Shown here: positions 26,101-38,100 of the stretch, piece by piece
Layout: every line of letters starts with the position of its first letter
Numbering within the stretch: position 1 is the first letter of the stretch
From: Antedon mediterranea
Taxonomy: Eukaryota > Animalia > Echinodermata
Direction of reading: 5' to 3'
Assembly: GCF_964355755.1 (NCBI RefSeq)
Contig: NC_092679.1
Location: forward strand, 13,747,432 to 13,811,431
DNA length: 64,000 nt
The notes under the pieces: model-generated
Databases searched by the model: none
Told to the model about the DNA's origin: nothing
What the model saw: only the letters and a program-made list of their open reading frames with translations
Position numbers and translations under genes: made by a program

Positions 26101-29100
26101 CTAGGAGAGAATGACATTGTGAAACGATCTAATAATTTTATTGTGAACAAACTCGATAATTTAATTGACTTTCTTGATTTTGGACTGGAGTGTAAACATA
26201 CTGTGGTTAGCCAGCTGTTAATGCGGCACCCCAGTCGGGTAAGCTCTAACTTCAACGACTCTGCTGTGGACATTAACCGTCGACTTCAGGCGAATTATGC
26301 CGAATATGCATGTGTAACATATTGGCGTCACAGAGGCCTGTGGAACGACTGGTCCTATATTCACTCCGATCCGATGGCGTACATCTTAACAGAAGTTCTT
26401 CAAATGGCCGATCGTCATGTATCGGTACGAACGTCGCGTCCGACAAGCTATTCTACACGAAGAAAAAAGTATAAGGCCAGTAGTTTTAATTTAAATGTAC
26501 ATACACATACAGTCGCGAAGGTATTGAAAGCGGGCGAGGCAACTGGCCCATGACACCAGGCGGCAGTCCTCTAACAACTCAAGCCGCTACCACATCCTTG
26601 ACTGTGGATAATGCCACACAGGCTCAGCCATTGGACGCGTCTATAAACTATCTCTTTGAAGGTAAGCCGTCTCGGGACGACATAACAATGACTGACTCGA
26701 TTGCTCTGGGCAGTAATGTGCCACTATAGGTTAAAAATAAAATATGGGCAAATGGATACATTGACCTCAAGACTCTGATCAATAACGATAATGATACTAC
26801 TGGGGTCTTGTTATCAATTATTGATAAACAACTCCGTGTTGAGACAGACAACAGTAAGAAAAACTTAATCACAATTACTGAAAATGGATGCGGGCAATTA
26901 CAATATACATGTCCATATTTGTGGAAGAATCGCCTGCTCAATGTTTGCCTATGCTTAAATATGTCAGCAACATACTAGAATTACATGTTTTGGGGAAGCT
27001 GAACTGGCGGACCTATGACGAAAGCTTTCGCAAAGCACAACAGGGCAGGCTTTTAAATTGGGATGTGCTTCACCCAGAGCTTATGTTAAAACTGGCTTCA
27101 TTGGGGAATGCATCTTCTTTCAGACCTAAGTCTCGTCCACAGGGGCAGCATAATTTTCGTGGCAAACAGATATGTTTTAAAGTGCCGGGAAGCAATGCCA
27201 CGACCCCACATGCCGCTTCTCACATCTGTGTACCGACTGCCGTCAACCACACCCCAGAATCCAATGCAATAAACCACGAACGACAAGTCGTCAAACCGGC
27301 ACGCGAGCAAACCCATCTACCCACGCCAGTGGTAATAAATGAGCTTTCATGGTATTTAGCAGGATAAATAAATAAATAAATAATAACAGGATTTTTATAG
27401 CGCACATACCACTCAAGAGTGCTCAAGGCGCATTCAAAAAATAAAACAAATCATACAAATGCCCCACAAATAAATGCAATTTCTTTGGAGGGTATACACA
27501 AGAATTGTTTAACGAATTATTAGTCGGTTTCTCGTTTGGATTCCGTCTCCTCTGTTTAAAGCCCCCGGTTCCGGGCATCGCCCGCAACCATCCAAGTGCC
27601 CTCGATCACCCGATACAGATAGAAGAATTTATTTCTAATGGTTTACGACTCGGTAGATTGGCTGGCCCTTTCGATTCCCCTCCGTTTGATAAATGTATCT
27701 CCTCTCCATTGGGTGTTGTTCCCAAAGCTGAATTAGGCAAATATCGCATTATTCAGGACCTTCTGTCAACTCAGGGATTCCACATGATGTTTCACATGTC
27801 TCCTACAACACAATCGACGATGTAGTTAGACTAGTATTAAAAAAATGGACCTAGGGCATTATTGTCTAAGACTGATATAGAAGACGCCTTCATGAATATC
27901 CCTATTCACCCGGATGATTACCATTTGCTGGGGTTTTCTTGGGACGGCAGGTTCTTTTATGACCGGTGTCTGCCTATGGGCGCCAGTCGCTCATGCAATA
28001 TTTTCGAATCATTTAGTAAAGCGTTAGTACAGTATGGATACTGCGTAACAAATTTAATGTAAGGGATGTATCCCATATTCTGGATGATTTTTTCTTCGTC
28101 GGCCCTAAAGACTGCCACAACTCACTGTCTCAATTTTGATATCTTTGCGACAAGATCGGGGTTCCTATAAAGGCGTCTAAGACTGTAACTCCGACTAATG
28201 TCATTACAATATACGGGATTGAGTTGGACACAGTCTTGGTGGAATGTCGCCTCCCGTTACCTAAGATTACAAAAACTGTAACAAAAATAAATGAATTTTT
28301 AAATAGAAAAAAAGTCACACTGCGCGATATGCAATCAATGGTTGGCCTGCTTAATTACGCTTGTAGTGTGGTGGTGCCGGGTAGGGCGTTTTTATGCCGT
28401 ATGATAAACCTCCTGTCATTAGCTAAACATCCATCTCATTTCATTCGCTTAACTCATGGAGTTAATGACGATTTGCGGATATGGCTAACATTCCTTGAAT
28501 CTTTTAACGGGAAAGCCCCCTTATCCTTCCAGAAAAATGGCTAAATTCTTCGACACTGCGCTTATTCTCCGATGCAGCTGCGTCTATTGGTTGCGCCGCA
28601 GTATTTTGCGACAGGTGGTTTTAAATTGACTGGGTGGGGGGGGGGGGGTTGGGTCTGACTTTGTAGGTTTTTCGATCGCTGTTTTGGAGTTATTTCCAAT
28701 TTTTATTGCCCTAGAAATATGGAGGCATGAGCACGCTAATCACCGCATTTTGTTTCGTTGTGATAATTCAGCTGTTGTGGCTCAATAAGAAATCTGCTAA
28801 AGACAAAACGCTTATGCGTCTTATTCGGCGGTTAGTTCTAATATGCCTCCAGTATAACATACAATTCCGTACAATGCATATTCCTGGAGTAGATAACGTG
28901 TGGGCGGATCTTTTATCAAGGAAAAAATTTACAGAGGCTCTGGAATCTATTCCTTCTATTAGTCCAAATCCAATTCATCTTCCGTCCTACCACATTTATA
29001 TTTAATTTATTCATATTTACAGGTGTTGTGTGTTCCTGCAAACAACATGGTACCCCTTAGCTGTGAAGCTACAACACTCATTCACTCGTCATTGGCGCCA

Positions 29101-32100
29101 GCCACTATTAAGGCGTATCAATGCAATATTCAAAAGTTGGCATCATGGTTGGGAAAACCCGTTCAGTTCCCTATAAACCCGGCTACGGTATGCAACTTTG
29201 TGGCACATTTACATGGTCTACAATATGCACCTAGAACAATTTCATTTCGTCCGTCTCTTTTATCCACAAACTAGCAGACTTACCCGATCCTTGTAATTCG
29301 TTTTTGGTTGTAAAAGTTATGCTTCGGATCGTCCGGATGTACGCTTGCCTATCACTGCAGAAATTTTGACTAAATTGTTAGTGAGTCTAGAGTCGATCGA
29401 ACCTAGTTTTTCTTATAGATTACTTTTCAGGGCCTTTTTCCTTACCGCGTTCCAAGGGTTCTTCTGGATTGGTGAATTGGCCGTAGGTAAAGAGGACGCG
29501 GATAAGAAGGTCGGGCAACGCAGTGATCTATGTCTTTCTGGTAATTCAGCTTCCTTAACTATATACCATCACAAAACCGGCGTAGGTAAGCCCCCTATCC
29601 ATATTTCATTCAATAGTGCCACGGGCGCCCGGTTCTGTCCAGTAAAATGTTTACATGATTACACCAAACATTTTCGGCATACCTCTGGTCCTTTTTTCCA
29701 ACATATGGACGGTCGGCCGATTGCGGCTCGTTTCATATACGCAAAACTAAAAGAGGCGATTTTTTTCAATGGTCTTGACCCTACATTATATAAAGGTCAT
29801 AGTTTTCATATTGGCGCCGCAACTTATGCTGCTTCCCTGGGTTTAGCGGAGAACACTATAAAAACAACAATTTGGTCGATGGAATTCTAAGGCCGTACAA
29901 AATCCAATCATTTTCCATATAGAAATGCTTTCGTATTTCGGATTGTTCGAGCTTGGCCTCGCGAGACATGTTTGTTTCTGTTGGTCATATCTGTCAAGCC
30001 TAGCTCCAGATATTTTCCGATATTTGTTTGTCTGGGTGGTAACCCTCTTTGTTTGTCGGGTTTGTGGCATGTTCACCCAGCAAACTTGTATTTTAATTAG
30101 TTTTAGTTTAGTAAGTCAAGTTAATCTTTGGATTCTTGATAACCAGGCATATTATATTTAACATTCAATATATATTTATGTGATTTTATGTAATAATCAA
30201 GGTGTTTAGTTAGTAGTAGTTATTGTCCGTACATATACGGTACACTCGATAGGGGCAGCCCATACATTATGTAGGCCTATACGTCTTAGATGGAACTAAA
30301 TTAGTTATGGGCTGCCCCATTATTATTACAACTCTAGTATTATATATGATATTATGTGTTTCGTCATTTAAATAAATATATGACAATTTCCATAACTTGG
30401 TGTTATTGTATTTTTCCGTCTGGCTTCTTGCGGCATAAAGGTATATTTTCGTAGTTACTTTTAATACTCACAGCGTTTGAAGAGATGACATATTTGCAAA
30501 GATTTTTGTTGAGATACTTTGAATATTATTTTTGCCGAGAAACAAATTTTTAACTGCAGGTATTTTACGGTCTTCTAATGAGGTTAGACTGTTCCAACTT
30601 AAATCCCTGAAATACAATATAGTTAGTTATATTATAATCATATTATATTTCAGTGAGCAATACTTAGATAATAACATTACAATTACGCCTTGGTTAGACA
30701 TTGATTTGTCATGTATACAATTACTTTTCAATAACATAATACATACTACACTTCAAGAAAGAGAGATATTACATTACTTGTTATTGCCTTGTTTTTCCAT
30801 ATGGCTTAAAGGCCGGTGCACACTAAATAATTACACACAAAGTGACAAACGTCAAATCGAGGCGAGTCGCGTGAAGCTTGAACAAGTTAGACCATCGCGA
30901 ACAAAGTGTCTCGATCCGAGTATGTTCCATTGGAAGCGAAGCGTCACGCGTCATTTTCGCTAGTTCCGGTTCAATCTGGGCGTAGAGAGAGGCCTAGGCT
31001 GGTAGGCCTAGGCCTAGAGGCATAATAAGCTAGGTAGGCCTAGCCTTGGTATTTGCAAATCTATCTCCAATATACTTGTATTTGTTAATACACACATCCA
31101 CTGAAAATGCATTTTCTTTGATTTGGGAATTTTTATATTCAAGTGCACCTTTTGTCATAAAAAGACGAGAATAGGCCTACTCGTGAATTATGGCCACAAA
31201 ATTGACGTCGCTGACACTACATCCATGTTGAACAAATTATTTTCATCTTCATCTGACTGATGACATCACACATAGCCCTACGATCCTTGTGATTTGATTG
31301 ATCAAATTGAAGCGAATTTGCAAGCGAAAACGAAAAAGTTCCAATGGAGAAACTCTAGCGAATTCACGCGCGGAGCCTTTGCTAGTTCAAAAGGTTCTAG
31401 GACACCTACCCCCTAGACAGTTACCTCCCGGATGTTTACCACCCGGACAACTACCCCCTTAGGACAACTACCCCCCGGACAACTACTCCCCGGACAACTA
31501 CTCCCTTAGGACAACTACCCCTTTAGGATAACAACCCCCCGGACAACTACCCCCGGACAACTACCCCTTAGGACAACTACCCCCTTAGGATAACTACCCC
31601 CCGGGTAACTACCCCCGGGAACCTACCCCCGGTCAACTACCCCCCGGTCAACTACCCCCCGGTCACCTACCCCCGGACAACTACCCCCTCCCTTAGGACT
31701 ATATTTATGTTCAATCTTTTACTTTTGTTTACAATAATGAATAGTAATTCGTCAAAATAACGAATTAAAAAATAGTTATTAATTCCTATTATACACTGTT
31801 GCAGAGTCAGGTTGTTGAATGGTCTGGGTGGTAGTTGTCCATCCGGGGGGTAGTTGTTCCAAAGGGATAGTTGTCTGGGTGGTAGTTGGCCAGGGGTTAG
31901 TTGTCCTACGGAGGTAGTTGTCCTAAAAGATTATTTGCCCTCAGAGTATTGTCCAGGTCCAGGAGGTAGTTGTCCTACGGGGAGTATTGTGTCAGAGGTA
32001 GTTGTCCGCGGGTTAATTACCAGGGTGGGGGGTAGGGGGAATTGTCCGGGGGTAATTGTCAGGGGTAATTGTTCCTAGGGGGTAATTGTTCGGGGGGTAG

Positions 32101-35100
32101 TTGTCCAGGGGTTAGTTGTCCTACGGAGGTAGTTGTCCTAAAAGATTATTTGCCCTCGGAGTATTGTCCAGGTTCAGGAGGTAGTTGTCCTACGGGGAGT
32201 ATTGTGTCAGAGGTAGTTGTCCGCGGGGTAATGACCCGGGGCGGGGGTGGGGGGGGGGGGGTAATTGTCCGGGGGGTAATTGTTCCTAGGGGGTAATTGT
32301 CCGGGGGTAGTTGTCCAGGGGGTAGTTGTCCTAAGGGGGTTGTTGTCCTAAGGGGGTAGTTGTCCGGGGGGTATTGGTCCGGGGGGTAGTTGTCCGATAG
32401 GGGTAGTTGTCCTAAGGGGGTAGTTGTCCAGGTGGTGGTTGTCCGGGGGGTAGTTTTCCGGGGGTAAATGTCCAGGGGGTGAATATCCGGATACGCCGAA
32501 TTCACCGCGTTGAAGTTTAATTTGATGTTCACACTGAAATCGTCTGTCGCGACAAAAGTACGGTTCGATTTAACGCTTGACGCGTGTCGCTTTGCGTGTA
32601 AATTGTTAAAGGCCGGTGCACACCAAACGCGAAGCCGCGAATTTCGCGTTAAAAAGTGACGCACGCGGCAGGCGACGGACGCTTCCAGTGTGAACATACA
32701 AGCGAACAGTGTACGATAGTCAAATTTCAACTTCAACGCGTTGAAAACGACAGCAGCGAAGGCTTCGCAAAGGAATTTTCAAAACCTTGGTCAACTTTTT
32801 GAGGCGTCGCGAGCGCGGTTCGCGTTCGTCAACCAATCAGAAGTCAGGAATATCTCTCATCGACGACGACACCGACGGCAAAAAAATGGTGGCTGACGTG
32901 ACGAGTGAGGTCTTTATGGAAATACTTTGTCATTACCCTTCTTGTCTTTACGATAAGGGAAGTAAGTCATACACAGACAGAAACATAAGGATTAATGCAT
33001 GAAGACAATAATTTCAGACAAACATCTGTGTAGAAGAATGCCAGAAAAACTAGGCCTAAAACGCGTCAGAGATCAATTTGTAAAGTGAGTTGGCAAGCCT
33101 TCTATTTCTACTCTAGCCTACCTAGGTTTAGGGCCTAGGCCATGGGCCTAGCTAGGCCTACCTAGCCTAGGCTACATACACCCTAGTAGGCTAGGCCATG
33201 CCAAGTAGTACTTATAGGCCTACATAATACTTACTAATCCCTACTGTACTAGTCTACTATGTGCTAGGCCAGGCCTAGCCTAGGTTAAGCCTACTACTAA
33301 TGAGTACAGTACTAGGCTAGGCCCAGGCTAGGTCTAGGCCTAGGCCTAGCCTACATATTATTATTAATTAATATCTATAGGCCTAATATTTAGTTGATTT
33401 AGTGTTGTAAGGATAGGCCTAGTACTAGTAGTAATATTAATACATAAATACTGTTGTTTTAGTTTCTTTTAGGTCAATTAGATGAACATTGATAAATTGG
33501 ATCCTTCAGGCTATTACCAGCGTTACAAACTCCACCAATGACCAAGCTAGTAGTTTAAGCGGCCAGTATATTATTGCCATGGAATTAAGAGCAATTGCTC
33601 CTCAAAAACGTGGACTGGCAATTATGAGGCTGATACAGGTTTGTATAGACTTTTTTAAAATGGGTATGTCAGTTGGTGACATACATTGGCCAGAAAAAAT
33701 GATTTGAGCAATATGCCTTACTATAGCAATTTTTTAATACTTGTTTCATTTTTTTTTTTTTTGAAAATAGAAGAGATGTATTGTCCTTTGAAACACAAAA
33801 AATGAAAAAAAAAATATTCTAAATATAAATTGGCCATATCAAAGTAATATTAAAGTTATTCACTTTAAGTCAAAAATTCGAGGCAAAAACAACAAGTTTA
33901 CGTAATTAACAGGTAAATTAATTTGATTACATTTCGTCTGAAAAATCGTCACGAGCGAAAGTAAACAAAGATTTCAAACCACGAGTATGCATTATGCATG
34001 ATGCTAATTAGGATTGTTTACAAATCGTCACGGTTGAGAAGGTGTTTTCACACAGATCGCGAGGAAGTTTTATGATTATGCATACAGAGTAGCCATACAA
34101 GCGCGTTGCATTATGAGATATGTTTGGATCGAAAACGTTGACTGGAAGTCAAAGTTATTTTTTGAACAAAAAAACGTCCGTATTTTGGTTAAATAATTTT
34201 TGTTTCAACTAATTTTTGGTGAAAGTTAATAACTATTATGATACTTCAAAATAACCCACCTTTTTTTCTAAATATAAAAAAAAAAATTTTTTTTAATTAG
34301 TAAAGGGACAATACATCTTTAAGGAGGAGTTGGACTGTAACTAGTATTTATTAAGTGGTTATAGAAGGAAAGCTGAACTGAAAGTCTTTTTTTAGCAATA
34401 GAGAATACATGGAAATAAATATATGTATATGTTTTTTTATACTTCAATACTAAAAAAATAGTCAAATTGGCTGCCAGCTAATGGAATTGTTTTCCTTTTA
34501 TAAGTGAAAACATAAGTGTTTTGGGGTTTTTTTTCTATGTAAGTGATTAACTTTGTTAAAACTACAAAATGGCCTATTCAAATTTGATTTTAATCATCTT
34601 CATTTTTCATGATTCTATGGGACAATACATCTTTAAGTTTAGTGTCATTTTTTGGACAAGATATATTGTCTTCCTGAAAATATATTTTAAAACATTTTCG
34701 TTGTGTGTAATACAGTATAACACTTTAGGGTTAGTTATTCACTTTTAACAATAATAATATTTCTTCAATTTTCATTTTTTTTGGGATGAAACATTTTAAA
34801 TTTATTATTTTGATATTATTTTGCGAAAGTATTCAGGAGTAGTAAAAAAGAAAATCTGGTTGATATTTAATGATACCTTTAAAAACAATTATTCACTATT
34901 TCAATAAGTGTATTTATTTGAAAAAAAGTCATAAGATAATGTACAGTGTAAATATGAGTTTGGGATATTTATTACATTTAATCAAATGAGAAAAAACTGT
35001 ATGTTTTGTCATGAAAAATATAATATTTAATAATAATTAGAAAATGAATGTGAAAACTTTACAATAATATATAGGCCTATAGTTTATATTTGAAAGTGAC

Positions 35101-38100
35101 AAACCCATGAAGATTCCCAGTTCGTGTTTATATGAAATGTTTTATATGGTTATAATAAACCTCTGTTGAAAGATATTTGTAACACCACTAATAAATACAG
35201 TCAGCAGATCACATGTACGTGTAGTCAACATGCAATAAATGCTTTAATTCTTGTAACTGTGTTGATATTGGATACATCTTCTTCTGTCCTTGTGATATAT
35301 ACGGTACATACAATCATGCACATTTCAAGCTTTGGAAAAGGATAACATTTTCCCACCAAAACCAAACACTGTGATTGGTGTAACGGGAAGAGTTAAATTA
35401 CATTTTAATTTAACTCTTCTCTGGTTAAACTTACATAGGAAATACTTCAGAGTCATCTTCTCTGATTATTTTAAATGTAGCATTGTATTGGCGAACCCAC
35501 TCTCTCCTAGGCCTAGAAATCGCGACGAATCAGCACACCGTGACGCGTTTAGTGGGAACCGACAAGAAAAACTAATAGACGCATGACAATTCAACTTTCA
35601 AAGCGATCCGTCGAATGACGCTTGACGCATGACGCTTCGCGGCTTCGCGTTCGGTGTGCACCGGCCTTTAGTGTGTAGGCCTATCGGCCTTTAATATTTA
35701 TAGTTTGAGAATAATTAAACGAAGGCTTCTAATCAATGTTTAATTTACTAATAAGTTAAATAATGATTCATGTAGTAGTCAATACAAATACCCTTTAACA
35801 AACTCTCATTCCATTCATGGATTCATGACAAAGTAGACTAACAGGATTGGTATTATCAATAATAAAGAATATAATTCTTTTAATTTATCAGTATCATTCA
35901 TTATTTCGATAATGTTTATTAGTGAATGATGTAGGCCTAGATACAAAACAAAAAGTAAAACACTCACAGTGTACCATATATGTATCCACGAAATATTGGA
36001 ATTTCCGTAAGTCTATTATAAGCAAGGAGTCTAAATAAGAATAAATAAAACATGACATAACTATAAACATCTACGATTAAAGCAATTACAAATTAAAGAT
36101 ATTATGTTATAGTGAGCATGTTAATTGTAATCAGAAAACTGTTCTTCCTCTAGTAAAACAATAATAGTATTTAATGTGAAGAAGACCCGTGTTACACATG
36201 TGTAAAATCGAAAGTTCGAAATCTGAAAATAACAATAATGTAAGGTGTAAAAAATGACAACAATGTCTAGGCTGACTAGGCAAAGCTGCAATTCATGTCA
36301 CATGATTTATAAAATACAAGCTAGTTAGGCCCATCCCATGACAAACTGCCGTACATTGTAACTTATTTAAGCTATATTCACTATCCTTTATGTACAAGAC
36401 AACGATGTGGCATTTTTTTTTTATTTATTATTTATTTTATTTATTTATTTATAAACTTATTTTACATGGATGACATTTTCATTAAAAATAATGTACAAAT
36501 GGTCCATGATTAAAGAAATGCATGCATAATAGTGAATAGTCATAAGTTACAAACATTTTTTTTTGTTTTAGATTAGGACTATAGAAAGACATACAAGTAC
36601 AATAACATTTAAAATACAGATACAGAATTAATAAACAGTTAAGTAAGTACATCGCAGTTACACCGGTTCTCAAGTTGAGGTTTCTATTTAAATACATCAT
36701 ATTAGTTGTGTTTTGTACTTATATTTAAACGCATTGTAAGAGGTCGCTTCTTGCAATGATATATGAAGGTTATTCCATACTTTCCAACCAGCCACTTGAA
36801 GTGACATATTCATTTTGGTAACATTTATCTTGGGTATAACTACATTTAAGGGTTTTGCCAATCGAGTATTATAACCATGTCTATCAATGATTAATTCAAC
36901 TTGATCTACCAGACTTTGAGGGGCTAGGCCATGAATGCATTTGTACATCATATAAGATATTGAAAATTCACGCCTCTGTTCAAAGGACTTCCAACCCAGG
37001 TCATTGATAATGTCATCCCCTCTGAAGTTTATAAAATCATAGTTTCCTGACGTGATTCTAGCAGCACGTCTTTGTTGTTTCTTTGCGATATCAATAAAAC
37101 AATTCCCCGTAACATATATACAAGTATCATCAGCAAATACATTACATGTTCAAGTTTCCACAGACTGTGAAATATCATTTATAAAAAGAAGAAATAGTAA
37201 CTGTCCAAGGACCGACCCTTGTGGAATTCCAATTTTGATTAGCTCAAAATCAGATTTATTACCATTACAGAACACAAATTGTTTTCTCCCTTTTAAGTAG
37301 TTTCAAACCATTTAACTGATACTGTGTCAAAACCGTATTTGGTTAGTTTATATAAAAGTATATCATGGTTTATTGAAAAAAAACATTTTGAAATAACGAG
37401 AAACATGCACCTATCATTTCTGAATCATTTAAAGCCCCATTCCCTACGTTTTTTAGATCTAATTTAAGATCACAAACTATATTTAATGTAAAAATAATAC
37501 TATATGGTCCTATTGCGATAACTTTTTTCGTCTTTAAACGGTTAAAAATGTGAAAAATAAATCGATTTTAATAATTATAGCGGCCCGCTATAAATCCCAA
37601 AATGCATTGCGCGCGGATTGATATTTTTGTTTTTCACCTGTAATTCGCCCACTTTTCGATCGATCGTGAAGCCAAAACAAATGGAAGACTCCTAACTTTT
37701 CAGCGAAAATACCGGGTGTTCCCCAATTTGTATCAACGGAGTCTGGCAAAAATAGAAAGACAATTAATGCAGCAACTATACAACGTCAGGCTAGGTATAT
37801 AGCTAGCGTACGATGTTCGTACGTTACCGATGTTTACCAGCTAGGCCTACAAAACTAAGCCTAGCTAGGCTAGGCCTGAGACCGTCCACGAGAGTTCGAT
37901 CGCCGCGAGCTACTTAGGTAGTGCATTGTTTCTCACTTTTTATCATAATTTACCATAAAACGTACATTTAAGACAAGGAATGACATGGTTTAATGTTTTT
38001 AAAGTGATATATATGTATTATTTTCCAAAAAACGTCCAAAATTGCAGGGAAGGGGTCTTTAAATATTCTAACCATTCACCAACAACTAGTCCATGGGATT

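Larger units (their letters stand above)
25553..30440 (+). mobile_element. Decayed DIRS/Ngaro-type tyrosine-recombinase retrotransposon (SGNH-gag-RT/RH-YR); ends approximate
   Basis: Domain motifs in order, all with stops or frameshifts; lies antisense within a host-gene intron. Confidence 0.85.
30810..35690. mobile_element. PIF/Harbinger non-autonomous element (outer)
   Basis: TAA-AGGCCGGTGCACACTAAATAATT left TIR. The right TIR is split by the inner element (32575-32609 plus 35668-35690), ending GGCCT-TTA. Confidence 0.75.

Noticed and set aside
31400-32494. CRISPR-like repeat array
   Set aside because: Head-to-tail short repeats with no unique spacers, no cas genes, eukaryotic context.
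32146-32736. 196-aa Pro/Thr-rich ORF and overlapping Gly/Cys-rich ORFs (31854-32296)
   Set aside because: Translations of the GGACAACTACCCC tandem repeat; not genes.
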